Below, in pieces: positions 8,971 to 20,041 of a stretch of 64,000 nucleotides of DNA. Every line of letters starts with the position of its first letter. Within the stretch, counting starts at the first letter, position 1. Source of the DNA: an uncultured Chloroflexia bacterium (GTDB lineage Bacteria > Chloroflexota > Limnocylindria > Limnocylindrales > CSP1-4); the NCBI GenBank assembly GCA_963763775.1, contig CAVXPZ010000003.1, positions 480,001 to 544,000 on the forward strand. The letters run 5' to 3'. The translations under genes and the position numbers were made by a program. The notes below the pieces were generated by a model, which did no database searches, had not been told where the DNA came from, and saw only the letters and a list, made by a program, of their open reading frames with translations.

Positions 8971-9642
8971 GTGCGCCGCATCGCGGCGGTGACGATCGGC
9001 GCCGCTCCGCGGCCCGACCTGACCGACGGGCTCCGCGCCGCCATCGACGACGCGGGCGTCGGCGAGATCGTCGTGCTCGAGGTCGGGGCGCTCGACGACC
9101 TGCCCGATGGCGTGTCGCCTCCGCCGCCCGGCCCGGGGAGCTACCCGCTCACGACGCGCCGGCGCGACGGCCGCCTGATCGTGGCCGAGGAAGCGTGGCT
9201 CTCGCCGCGCGTCGCGGCCGCCGTCCAGCGGGCCGGATCCGCCGGGGTGGAGCTCACCCTGCTCCTGTGCGCCGGCGGGTTCGCGTCGGTGCGTGCCACG
9301 GCGCCGCTCATCCGGCCGTTCGACGTCGCGGTCGCGCGCCTGCTCGAGCTTGGCGCCCGACGGCTCGGCGTCGTCGTGCCCATCGACGGGCAGGTGGAGC
9401 CCTCGCGGGGGAGATGGACGGCGGCCGGCTTCATCGCGGACGTGATGGCCGGTTCGCCCGGCGACGTCGGGCGGTTCGGTGGGTCCGATCGCACGTCAGG
9501 GGCCGTCGATGCCATCGTGCTGGACTTCGTCGGTCATCCGCCGCCGGCGGTGGCCGCGGCCGCGGCGATCGCGGACGGGACCCCGGTCGTCGACCTGCTC
9601 GCCGTTTCCATCGAGGCGGTGGTCGCTACGATGCGACGATGA
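8971..9642 (+). CDS. AroM-family protein
   Basis: VTIGAAPRPD, GALDDL, YPLTTRRRDG, LLLCAG, IVLDFVG pattern; start approximate. Confidence 0.7.
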   Translation: MRRIAAVTIGAAPRPDLTDGLRAAIDDAGVGEIVVLEVGALDDLPDGVSPPPPGPGSYPLTTRRRDGRLIVAEEAWLSPRVAAAVQRAGSAGVELTLLLCAGGFASVRATAPLIRPFDVAVARLLELGARRLGVVVPIDGQVEPSRGRWTAAGFIADVMAGSPGDVGRFGGSDRTSGAVDAIVLDFVGHPPPAVAAAAAIADGTPVVDLLAVSIEAVVATMRR

Positions 9643-10551
9643 CCGCGATCGAGCGCCTCGAGGGCGTCTGGAACATCGTCCCGACGCCGTTCGCCCCGGA
9701 CGGCACCCTCGACGCCGCGAGCCTCCCCGGGCTGACGCGGTTCGTGGCCGGCTGCGGGGTCGATGGGATGACGATCCTCGGCGTGCTCGGCGAGGCGGGC
9801 AAGCTGTCGGACGCTGAGCGCACCACGGTCATCGACGGCGTCATCGCGGCGGCCGGCGACCTGCCGGTGTGCGTGGGCGTGAGCCACGCCGCCACCGACC
9901 GGGCCGTCGCCTTCGCCCGCGAGGCCGCCGACCATGGGGGCGCACTCGGTGATGCTCGCGCCGCCGGCCCTCGCCCGGCCGAATGACGCGGCCATCCTGG
10001 CGCACTACCTCGCGGTCGCCGACGCGATCGGGCTGCCGATCGTCGTCCAGGACCATCCCGCGAGCAGCGGCGTCCACATGACCGTCGAGCTGCTCGCGAC
10101 GATCGCCGACCGGGCGCCGACCTGCCGGGTCGTCAAGCTCGAGGACGAGCCGAGCCCGCCCAAGGTGGCCCGGCTACGGGCCGCGGCGCCGGACGTCCGG
10201 ATCCTCGGTGGCCTCGGCGCCATCATGCTGCTCGAGGAGCTGCGCCGGGGCGCCGTCGGGACCATGACCGGCTTCGGGTTCCCCGAGGCGCTCGTGGACA
10301 TCGTGTCCCGCTTCCGCTCGGGCGACGAGGCGGGGGCGCAAGCCGCCTTCTTCCGGATCGTCCCGCTCATCCGCTTCGAGAACCAGCCCGGCCTGAATCT
10401 TGCGATCCGCAAGCACCTGTACCGGCGGCGCGGGGCGATCGCGTCGGAGCGGGTCCGCGCCCCCGGACCGGCGATGGACCCCGGCACGATCGCCGACCTC
10501 GACGCGATCCTGGTGGCGCTCGGCCTCGACGGTCGCGTCGGCCCGGCCTAG
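9639..10551 (+). CDS. Dihydrodipicolinate synthase/N-acetylneuraminate lyase family protein (frameshift at ~9935, at a G run)
   Basis: PTPF, LGVLGE in frame 1; VMLAPP, VVQDHP, VKLED in frame 2. Confidence 0.82.
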
Positions 10552-10568
10552 GGCCCCGCCCGCCGACG

Positions 10569-11945
10569 ATGGACGCCGAGCTCGTCATCACCGGCGGCAC
10601 GCTGGTCACGCCCGACGGCGTCCGACGCGGCGCGCTCGCCGTCGCGGAGGGCCGGATCGTCGCGGTCGGCACGGACGCCGAGATGCCCGAGGCGCGCGAG
10701 CGGGTCGACGCGACCGGCCGCATGGTCCTTCCGGGGCTCGTCGACACGCACGTCCACGCCCGCGACCCGAGCGTCGACGCGCGCGAGGACTTCGCGTCGG
10801 CCACGGCGGCGGCGGCCGTCGGCGGCATCACGACGATCATGGAGATGCCGATCTCGACGCCGTCGGTCCACGACCGGGCGACCTTCGAGGCCCGGGCGGC
10901 GATCGTCGGCCCCAAGGCCCACGTCGATTTCGCGCTCTACGGCGGGGCGGCCGGGGACAACCTCGACACGATCGAGGAACAGGCGGCGGCCGGCGCCGTG
11001 GCCTTCAAGACGTTCCGGACCTCGCCGCCGGCCGGCCGTGAGCGCGAGTTCACCGGGCTCTGTGCGCCGGACCCCGCCGACTACCGACGCGCCCTCGAGC
11101 GCGTCGCCCGGACCGGTCTGATCTCCGCCGTGCACGCCGAGGACGCCGTGATGCTCGCGGCCGCGGCGACCGCCCTCCAGGCGGCCGGCGACCGCGGACC
11201 GCTGAGTCATGCCCGCTGGCGTCCGGAGATCGTCGAGCTGACCTCGGCAGCCGAGTGCCTGGAACTCGCCCGCGTCACGGGCGCCCGCCTCGAGCTGGCC
11301 CACTGCTCGACCCCCCGGGCGATCGACCTCGCCACCCGTGCCCGCGACGCCGGGCAGGCGGTGACCGTCGAGACGTGCCCGCACTACCTGTTCCTCACCG
11401 AGGCCGACCTCGAGCGGCACGGCCCGTTCGCGAAGATCAACCCGGCGCTGCGCGCTGACGAGGCCGTGGCCGGGCTCTGGGACCGCCTCGCCCGCGGCGA
11501 GATCGATGTCATCGGCTCGGACCACTCGCCGTTCCTCGTCGAGGAGAAGGCTCCGTTCGCCGACGACCTGTGGGGCGCCCTCCCCGGCGCGCCGGGTCTG
11601 GAGGCGCTGCTCCCCCTCATGCTCACCGCCGTCGCCGACGGGCGGCTCGACTGGTCGCGCCTCGTGGCGGTGACCAGCGCGAACGCCGCGCGGATCTTCG
11701 GTCTCGGTTCGAAGGGGGCGCTGCGGGTCGGCGCGGACGCGGACGTCGTGATCGTCGACCCGGGCCGCCGATGGACGATCGATGTGACGCGCTGGCTGAC
11801 GCGATCCAAGGGGACCGCCGCGATCTGGCACGGGCGTGACGTCACGGGAGCCCCGGTCGCCACCTTCGTCCGTGGACGACCGGTCGCGGTGGACGGCGTG
11901 CTGGTCGGCGAGCGCGGGTCCGGCCGCCTGGTCCGCCCGGACTGA
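10569..11945 (+). CDS. Cyclic amidohydrolase (allantoinase/dihydroorotase/hydantoinase family)
   Basis: PGLVDTHVH, GGITT, VHAED, ETCPHYL, KINPALR, GSDHSP, GADAD. Confidence 0.9.
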   Translation: MDAELVITGGTLVTPDGVRRGALAVAEGRIVAVGTDAEMPEARERVDATGRMVLPGLVDTHVHARDPSVDAREDFASATAAAAVGGITTIMEMPISTPSVHDRATFEARAAIVGPKAHVDFALYGGAAGDNLDTIEEQAAAGAVAFKTFRTSPPAGREREFTGLCAPDPADYRRALERVARTGLISAVHAEDAVMLAAAATALQAAGDRGPLSHARWRPEIVELTSAAECLELARVTGARLELAHCSTPRAIDLATRARDAGQAVTVETCPHYLFLTEADLERHGPFAKINPALRADEAVAGLWDRLARGEIDVIGSDHSPFLVEEKAPFADDLWGALPGAPGLEALLPLMLTAVADGRLDWSRLVAVTSANAARIFGLGSKGALRVGADADVVIVDPGRRWTIDVTRWLTRSKGTAAIWHGRDVTGAPVATFVRGRPVAVDGVLVGERGSGRLVRPD

Positions 11946-11951
11946 CCGACC

Positions 11952-12719
11952 CTAGGGCAGGGCCCGGATCATGCCGCCGTCGACCGGGACGATCGCCCCG
12001 GTGACGAACGATGCGGCCGGTGAGAGCAGGAACGCCGCCACGCGGCCGAGTTCTGCCGGGTCGCCGTAGCGCCCGAGCGGGATCCGCTCGATGGTCCGGC
12101 GGGTGATCTCCTCGACCGTGACCCCGGTCGTCGCCGCCCGGTTGGCGTCCAGTTGCGCGATCCGGTCCGTCGAGAGGCGGCCCGGCGCCAGGCCGTTGAT
12201 CCGGATCGGGGCGATCTCCTCGACCATCGACTTGATGAGGCCGGCGAGACCCGGCCGGATGAGGTTCGACGTGGTCAGGCCGGGGATCGGCTCGCGGACC
12301 GAGCTCGAGAGGATCACGAGGATCGCCGGGTCGCGACCCTCGCGCAGGTGGGGGAGGGCGGCCCGCAACAGTCGCACGGCGCTCCACAGCGTGCCGTCGA
12401 TGGCGCGGGTCCAGGCGGCGTCGTCGAGGTCGTCGAATCGACCGGGCGGCGGGCCGCCGGAGTTGACCACGAGAAGGTCGAGCCCGCCGAACGCCGCCAC
12501 GCCCGCGGCGATCGCGGCAGCGGGTCCGTCCGGCGTCGAGAGGTCGGCCGGGACCGCGACCGCGTCGAGCTCCCGCGCGCGGGCGTCGAGTCGATCACTC
12601 GGTCGGGCGATGAGGCCCACACGGGCACCCTCGGCCCGCAAGGCGCCGGCGACGGCGCCGCCGAGGCCGCCGCTCCCGCCACCGACCAGGGCGCGGGCGC
12701 CCGTCAATCCCAGGTCCAT
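11952..12719 (-). CDS. SDR-family oxidoreductase
   Basis: GGSGGLG, VNSGGPPPG, RINGLAPG, PLGRYGDPAE, VDGG. Confidence 0.9.
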   Translation of the reverse strand: MDLGLTGARALVGGGSGGLGGAVAGALRAEGARVGLIARPSDRLDARARELDAVAVPADLSTPDGPAAAIAAGVAAFGGLDLLVVNSGGPPPGRFDDLDDAAWTRAIDGTLWSAVRLLRAALPHLREGRDPAILVILSSSVREPIPGLTTSNLIRPGLAGLIKSMVEEIAPIRINGLAPGRLSTDRIAQLDANRAATTGVTVEEITRRTIERIPLGRYGDPAELGRVAAFLLSPAASFVTGAIVPVDGGMIRALP

Positions 12720-12822
12720 CGGTCCCTCCTCATCGGACCGCGATGGTATCGGCTCGGACGATCGGGCGTCCGCCGCCGGGGCCCGATGCCGGCAGGTCCG
12801 GCTCAGGACACCGCGGACCGGA

Positions 12823-13629
12823 TCAGGACGCCGCGGATCGCCGGGACGACGCGGTCGCTCGGACCGCGGCCTGCTCGATCACCCTGATCGCGAACCAGTG
12901 CTCCTGGCCGTCGGCCGAGCGATGCCGGAAGACGTACGTGCCTTCCGGCCACACCGCCGAGCGGGAACCCAACGGCCGACGAGGGGCCACGTACATCGCG
13001 CCGAGCGGTGACGCGGCGCCGACGGGGCGGCTGCGGACCATCAGCTGCGGTCTCGTGCCGGTCTCGCTCCGTCGCCAGACATCGAGGGTCGCCGCCTGCG
13101 CCGACGCCGACCCGTCACCCGGCGGGGCGCACCAACCGATCTGGAGGACGCGTTCCGAGGCGACGCGGATCACCGGGATCGTGGGGTCGTCGGGCCCGGT
13201 CGCCGAGGTGGCCGGTTCGAGGGCGCGCCAGACCCGGACGGTCTGGTCCTGCCAGGTCTCGACCGAGGCGACGAGCCAGGTGCCTCGCTCGAGGCAGAAC
13301 GCGTCGACTGCGGCGGCCGGATCGGGTGATCCCGTCGGGGACGAGCCGGAGCTGGGCCTCGCGCCCTCCAGACCGGAGCCGGACGTCGCCGGCGTTGCGG
13401 GCGTCGCCGACGGCTCCGTGATCGCGGCGCCGCCTCCAGCCTCGTCGCCGGCCGTCGGGGCCGGACCGCTCAGTGCCCACGGCTTCACGATGACGACGAC
13501 GAGGACGATGGCCACCACGGCCGCCCAACGGCCGAGATGAGGGTGGTCCGGGGTCAGGGCGACCGGTTCGAAGACCCCGTCCGCTGGCGGGCGTCGTGGC
13601 GGGTCTGGCGAACGACCGGGGTCGTCCAT
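12823..13629 (-). CDS. Hypothetical membrane-anchored extracytoplasmic protein
   Basis: Single TM helix (WAAVVAIVLVVVIVKPW), Pro/Ser/Thr linker, globular C-terminal part; co-oriented with the liv operon. Confidence 0.6.
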   Translation of the reverse strand: MDDPGRSPDPPRRPPADGVFEPVALTPDHPHLGRWAAVVAIVLVVVIVKPWALSGPAPTAGDEAGGGAAITEPSATPATPATSGSGLEGARPSSGSSPTGSPDPAAAVDAFCLERGTWLVASVETWQDQTVRVWRALEPATSATGPDDPTIPVIRVASERVLQIGWCAPPGDGSASAQAATLDVWRRSETGTRPQLMVRSRPVGAASPLGAMYVAPRRPLGSRSAVWPEGTYVFRHRSADGQEHWFAIRVIEQAAVRATASSRRSAAS

Positions 13630-13641
13630 GCCGACCTGGGC

Positions 13642-14396
<755 letters not shown>

Positions 14397-14400
<4 letters not shown>

Positions 14401-15401
14401 ACCGCCGGCGCTCCGAGATAGGCCTCGATGACCTTGGGATCGCGCCGGACCTCTTCCGGCGTGCCCTCGGCGATCTTCTCGCCGTGGTCGAGGACGGTGA
14501 CCCGGTCGCTGATGCCCATGACCACCCGCATGTCATGCTCGATGAGGAGCACGGTCAGCCCGAGGTCGCGCCGCAGGCGGCCGATCAGGGCCGTCAGCTC
14601 CTGCGTCTCCTTCGGGTTCATGCCAGCGGTGGGCTCGTCGAGCAGCAGGAGGGTCGGGTCTGACCCGAGGGCTCGGGCGATCTCGAGCCGCCGCTGGTCG
14701 CCGTACGGCAGGTTCTTGGCCAGCTGGTCGCCCTCGCCCTTCAGGCCGACGAGTTCCAGCAGCTCTCCGGCGCGGATCCGCGAGCTCACTTCCTCGTGCC
14801 GGTCGCGCGGGGTGGAGAACATGGCGTCGATCCAGCTCGCCTTGAGGCGAGCGTGCATCCCGACGAGGACGTTCTCCTCGGCCGTCATGTTCGGGAACAG
14901 CCGGATGTTCTGGAAGGTCCGGCCGAGTCCGGCCACCACCATGTCGTTCGGGCGGGCGCTATGGAAGATCCCGAACCGCCTGAGGAACCGCTCGTACCGC
15001 GGCGATCGGGCGACCCCGGTGACCAGGATGATGAGCAGCAGGCCCACGGCCACGAAGATCCCCAGGATGACCGTGCCCTCCTTGGCGCCGGCGATCGCGA
15101 GGAGGGCTGTGATGAGGCCGGCGATCCCCGGGATCAGCAGCCAGATGAGCGGCTCCATCCAGACGCGCTTCGACCGGGCGATCATCGTGGTGCCGTGGAA
15201 ATCGATCTTGCCGGCGGTGGGGTCGTAGATCCCCGCGATGATGTTGAAGAACGTCGTCTTCCCGGCGCCGTTCGGCCCGATCAGGCTGACGATCGACTGC
15301 TTGGGGATCGTGAAGTCGACGCTGTTGACGGCGACGAGGCCGCCGAACCGCTTGGTGACCTTGTCGGCGTGCAGGATGTCCTCGGGCGCTTCGGTCGTCA
15401 T
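14397..15401 (-). CDS. livG: ABC ATPase LivG with inserted hydrophobic hairpin
   Basis: GPNGAGKT, RTFQNIRLF, LPYGDQRRLEIARAL, LLDEPTAG, VIEAYLG. Confidence 0.9.
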
Positions 15402-16663
15402 CGTGTCCCCTCACCCGAGTCTTCGCCGAACAGTTCCTCGGCGCCGGGGGTCTCCCCGAGCGCACCCGCGATGCCGGGTTCGGACTCGATGTCCTCGCCG
15501 AAGTCCTGCGCGAACTCGTCGGCGACGTGCAGCTCGCGTCGGCGCCGCTGGCTCGGGAAGAGGCCCTCGGGTCGGAACAGCATCATCAGCACGAGCGCGA
15601 CGCCGTAGAGCAGGAACTGGTAGTCGAGGAAGTTGATCTTGGCCAGGTCGATGTGCAGGTTGATGAGCGGCACGTCGAACGGCGGGAGGTGGAGGAACTC
15701 CTTGACGGTGTTGAGCTGCTTGAGGAACACGGCCTGGATCATGTACACGATGAAGGCGCCGGCGGCGACGCCCCAGATGTTGCCCATGCCGCCGAGGATG
15801 ACCATCGCGAGGACCGTGAACGACACCGTGAAGTAGAACTGGTCCGGCGAGACGATCGTGAGCTTCGAGGCGTTGAACACGCCCGCCAGGCCGGCGGTGG
15901 TCGCCCCCAGGGCGAACGCGAGGAGCTTCGTGGTGACGGTGTTGATGCCGTTCGCCGCCGCGGCGAGCTCGTCCTCGCGGATGGCGTTCCAGGCGCGGCC
16001 CACCCGCGAATCCTGCAACCGATACAGCAGGGCCATGGCGATCGTGATGATGAACGCCATCAGGATGAAGTACGCGAACGGCGTCAGCGCCGAGAACGTG
16101 CCGAGGAACGGCAGGGGCTCGGGACGGAAGATGCCGCCGATGCCGTTCGTGCCCTCGGTCCAGTTCTCGAGGTTCAGGAACACGATCGGGACGATCTCGC
16201 CGAACCCGAGGGTCATGATCGCGAGGTAGTCGCCGCGGAGGCGCAGCGTCGGCGCACCGAGCGCGATGCCGAAGACGGCCGCGACCCCGGCGCCGACCAC
16301 GAGCATGGGCAGGAACGGCAGGTCCATGTGCGAGTACGGCGAGTTCGAGTAGGCGTACGTGTACGCGCCGATGGCGAAGAACGCCGCGTAGCCGAGGTCG
16401 AGCAGGCCGGCGAGGCCGACGACGACGTTGAGTCCCATCGCCAGGAGCACGAACACGCCCGCGTTCGCGAACGAGTCGTACCAGGGTTGCGGGGCCTGGA
16501 GGAAGCTCAGGGGCGCGACCTGGGGCAGGAAGGCGAGCAGCGTCGTCGCGATCGCCATGCAGACGATGATCGTGGACGACCGATGGTGATCGGCGAAGTC
16601 GCTGATGCGGCCCTTCATCGACGGCGCGGCCGGGGCGGGCTGGGTCGTGGATGCGGCGGTCAT
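15398..16663 (-). CDS. livM: ABC permease LivM
   Basis: GLNVVVGLAGLLDLGYAAF, LRLRGDYLAIMTLGFGE, AIREDE, ILGGMG. Confidence 0.92.
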   Translation of the reverse strand: MTAASTTQPAPAAPSMKGRISDFADHHRSSTIIVCMAIATTLLAFLPQVAPLSFLQAPQPWYDSFANAGVFVLLAMGLNVVVGLAGLLDLGYAAFFAIGAYTYAYSNSPYSHMDLPFLPMLVVGAGVAAVFGIALGAPTLRLRGDYLAIMTLGFGEIVPIVFLNLENWTEGTNGIGGIFRPEPLPFLGTFSALTPFAYFILMAFIITIAMALLYRLQDSRVGRAWNAIREDELAAAANGINTVTTKLLAFALGATTAGLAGVFNASKLTIVSPDQFYFTVSFTVLAMVILGGMGNIWGVAAGAFIVYMIQAVFLKQLNTVKEFLHLPPFDVPLINLHIDLAKINFLDYQFLLYGVALVLMMLFRPEGLFPSQRRRRELHVADEFAQDFGEDIESEPGIAGALGETPGAEELFGEDSGEGTR

Positions 16664-17731
16664 GCTCGGTCTCCGGACGCCTGGCCGAGGATGCCGGTCG
16701 GCTTGAAGATCAGGACGAAGGTCAGGATCAGGAAGACGAGGAACTCGGACCAGCGCGAGTAGCCCAGGGCCGAGGCGGCGTTCTCGATGAACCCGATGAC
16801 GAAGCCGCCGAGCACGGCGCCGGTGATGTTCCCGATGCCGCCCAGGACGGCCGCGGTGAACGCCTTGAGGCCGGCGTTGAACCCGAGGTCGAACCGGACA
16901 TAGCCGAACCGCAGACCCCACACGACGCCGGCGGCGGCCGCGAGGGCGCCGCCGAGGAGGAACGTGAGGGAGATCGTCTGGTTCATGTCGACGCCCATGA
17001 GGGCGGACGCCTCGCGATCCTGCGCGGTGGCGCGCATCGCGCGTCCCATGCGTGTTCGCGTGATGAACAGCTGCAGGGCGGTCATCAGGACCATCGCGAG
17101 CGTGAAGATGAAGATCGACAGGACCGAGATCGACGGCCTGGCCGATGTGGATCTGCCAGCTCAGCGGGAAGATCTGCGGGGCCGAGCGGTCGCCGGAGCC
17201 GGCAAGGATGAGGGCGACGTTCTGCAGGATGAACGACACCCCGATGGCGGTGATCAGCGGCGCGAGCCGTGGCGCGTTCCGCAACGGCCGGTAGACGGAC
17301 CGTTCGATCGCCACGTTCAGCAGGCCGATGATCGGCATCGTGAAGGCGAGGGCACCCAGGAGCAGGAGCGTCAGCGGGAGCACCTGCTCGACCGCGCCGG
17401 TCTGTCCCATGATGCCGCCGAGGAAGACGACCGAGAGGAACGCCCCCAGCATGAAGATGTCGCCGTGGGCGAAGTTGATCAGCTCGATGATCCCGTAGAC
17501 CATCGTATAGCCGAGGGCGATCAGGGCGTAGATGGCCCCGATCGAGAGAGCGTTCACGGTCTGCTGGAGTGCGACCGGGAAGCCGGTGTCGAGTGGCAGC
17601 CCCACCACAAGGTAGAGCAGCAGCCACAGGATGATGCAGTACCCGGCGATGGCCACGATGGCCAGCCCGACGACGCGGAGCGTCCTCGAGAGCAATCCGG
17701 TGGTGGCGACCGGGGAGGCGATGGCTGTCAC
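16660..17731 (-). CDS. livH: ABC permease LivH (frameshift at ~17135)
   Basis: YALIALGYTMVYGIIELINFAHG in frame 1; GRAMRA, KAFTAAVLGGIG, KPTGILG in frame 2. Confidence 0.88.
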
Positions 17732-17780
17732 GGTTCGGACCTCAGGGACGGGGACCCAGGCCTGAAGCGGTGATAGAGAG

Positions 17781-17809
17781 CGGCCGGGGACCCGTTGGAT
17801 CCCCGGCCG
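17781..17809. terminator. GC-rich stem-loop between the binding-protein gene and livH (attenuating or mRNA-stabilising)
   Basis: CGGCCGGGGA...TCCCCGGCCG inverted repeat. Confidence 0.5.
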
Positions 17810-17824
17810 TTCAAGAACGGTCGA

Positions 17825-19147
17825 TTACGACGGCTTGTTCGCGTCGACCTGCGTGCCGAACTTCCAGTCACCCTTGCCGCTGGCGCCGGTGGCGTCATAG
17901 GTGTAGATCGAGACGATCTTCTGGTTCGTGTCCCCGTTCGCGTCGAACTGGACCGGACCGACGATCGTCTGATGGGTGGTGGTCGAGTCGGTGCCCGCGG
18001 CGCGGACAGCCTCGCGAAGGGCGGCCATGTCGGCCGGGTTGGTCGCGCCCGCGGCGTTGATCGCATCGATGACGATCTGCGCGCACGCGAAGCCCTGGCC
18101 GGCGTAGCCGGTGGCGTCGATCCCGTACTCAGCCTTGTAGTCGGCGTCGAACTTTTCCTTCCCATCGAAGGTGCCCGGGCCGGCCAGCGTGCTGTACGAG
18201 TTCTTGGCCGCAGCAGCGGCGAGGTTCAGGAACGAGTCCTTCGTCGCGCCGGAGCCGTCGTTGATGCCGTCAGGACCGACGTACGGGACATCGCCGAGGC
18301 CGACCTGCTGGGCAGCCAGGAGGATGCGCGCGCCGCCGGTGGCCGTGACGCCACCGAAGTAGATCGACTCGGGATTGAGCGCCTTGGCGGCGGTCATGAT
18401 CGAGACGTAGTCCTGCGTGGTCTTGGGGGCCGCGTCGTGCTTGACGACGGTGCCGCCGAGCTTCTTGAACTCGCCCTCGAAGGCATCGGCGACGCCCTTA
18501 CCGAAGGTCTCGGTGTCGTCGATGATGTAGACGGACTTCTTGCCGAGCTCGTTGTAGATGTACTGCGCCGCGGCCGGACCCTGGATGTTGTCCGTGGTGA
18601 CGACGCGGATGTAGTTGTTCGGCTTGCCCGACGGGCGAAGCTGCTTGGCCGGATCGCCCTGGGTCAGGTCCGGGTTCGTGTTGGCCGGCGAGCACTGAAG
18701 CAGGCCGCCCTCGTTCGAGATCGGGATCTGCGCCTTGGCGACGCTCGAGTTGAGCGGGCCGATGACCGCGATGGTGTCCCCATCGGACACGATCTTGGTC
18801 ATGTTGGCGGCACCGGTCTGCGGGTCATGCGCGCCGTTGAGGGCATCGTCGTAGATCGACGAGTCCGGCACGGTCAGCGCATAGCCACCGGCAGCGCCAC
18901 CGGCCTGCTTGATGGCGAGCTTGATGCCGTTGATGATCGGGTCCGACGCCGCCTTCTCGCTACCCTGGAGCGGGAGCTCGATCGCGATCTTCGCCGTGCC
19001 CTTGCTGGTGTCGCCAGCGGGTGCGGCACTCGAGCCGCTCCCAGAACTGGCCGCCGCGCTCGGTGCGGCGCTGCCGCCCGAGCTGCTGCACGCCGCGAAC
19101 GCCAGAATGCTGACGGCCGCGAGCGCACCGATCCTGTGCAGTTTCAT
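17825..19147 (-). CDS. Branched-chain amino acid-type ABC substrate-binding lipoprotein
   Basis: Lipobox FAAC, IGPLNSSVAKA, RVVTTD, GGAGG RBS. Confidence 0.9.
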   Translation of the reverse strand: MKLHRIGALAAVSILAFAACSSSGGSAAPSAAASSGSGSSAAPAGDTSKGTAKIAIELPLQGSEKAASDPIINGIKLAIKQAGGAAGGYALTVPDSSIYDDALNGAHDPQTGAANMTKIVSDGDTIAVIGPLNSSVAKAQIPISNEGGLLQCSPANTNPDLTQGDPAKQLRPSGKPNNYIRVVTTDNIQGPAAAQYIYNELGKKSVYIIDDTETFGKGVADAFEGEFKKLGGTVVKHDAAPKTTQDYVSIMTAAKALNPESIYFGGVTATGGARILLAAQQVGLGDVPYVGPDGINDGSGATKDSFLNLAAAAAKNSYSTLAGPGTFDGKEKFDADYKAEYGIDATGYAGQGFACAQIVIDAINAAGATNPADMAALREAVRAAGTDSTTTHQTIVGPVQFDANGDTNQKIVSIYTYDATGASGKGDWKFGTQVDANKPS

Positions 19148-19512
19148 CCAGACTCCTCCAAATCACCGGTCGTAACCGACCTGCCGGCGGCCCGAAGCCG
19201 AACCGCAGCGGCCTCCCGTGGCCCTCCCCTGTTCGCCGTTCCGCTCCCTGATCGGGTGGCGAGACGGGGACAGATGCCAGACGGGTGGTGGCTGCTAGCC
19301 CGCATCCGGGCGGCGCGCAGGTGGCCGCCGAAGCGATGCCGTATCATAGCCACCGGCGTACCGATTGCAATACCGGTCGGCCGCACCCGTCAGCCCGTGC
19401 CGAGCGCCCATCGCTCGCCGCCGACGAGGGGAGCGCCAGCCCGGTACGACCTCACGGTCGAGCCCCGGTCGGGGGCGACGGTCGCCGAAACCCTGCGAGG
19501 AACGCATCCGGC

Positions 19513-19977
19513 GTGGAGTACCAGGTCCGAGCGGCCCGTGTCACGGATATCGAGCGGCTCGTCGCGTTGAGCGACGATGCCCTCGGTGCTGCCCGTGCCG
19601 ACAGCCCGCTCGTCGCCGCGGACCTCATGCGCCAGCTCGTGTACCTGCCGCAGGCCAGCATCGTCGTCGCGGAGACGCAACGCGTGGTGGTCGGTGGCGG
19701 TGTCCTCGCGCTTCGTCCGTCGGTCCGCTCCGGCGGATATGTCGGGACGATCGATCTCCTGGTCATCGACCCGGACCATGACGCTGACCGGATCACGGAG
19801 GTCCTCCTCGAGGAGCTCCTGCGTTCCGCCAGCAACAAGGGCTGCACCGTCGTGGAGACGGCCAGGCCCGAAGATCACGCGGCTCTGGCCCGCCTTCAGG
19901 GGATGGGCTTCGGCGAGGCTGGACCGCGCCTCCAACGAATCGTGGCCGCGGCAGGAGCTGCCGCGCGTCGCGCCTGA
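19513..19977 (+). CDS. GNAT-fold protein
   Basis: YQVRAARVTDIERL, IDLLVIDP, ASNKGC, LQGMGF; the acetyl-CoA loop is degenerate. Confidence 0.65.
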   Translation: MEYQVRAARVTDIERLVALSDDALGAARADSPLVAADLMRQLVYLPQASIVVAETQRVVVGGGVLALRPSVRSGGYVGTIDLLVIDPDHDADRITEVLLEELLRSASNKGCTVVETARPEDHAALARLQGMGFGEAGPRLQRIVAAAGAAARRA

Positions 19978-20041
19978 TGATCACCACCGCCGTGCTGCGC
20001 GATCGCGCCGGCGGGGTGACCCCCTAGACCAAGGAGTCACT

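Noticed and set aside
15398-17731. 777-aa apparent LivH-LivM fusion
   Set aside because: The middle part is out-of-frame sequence; the LivH C-terminal half lies in the 16660-17094 frame with an ATGA junction to LivM
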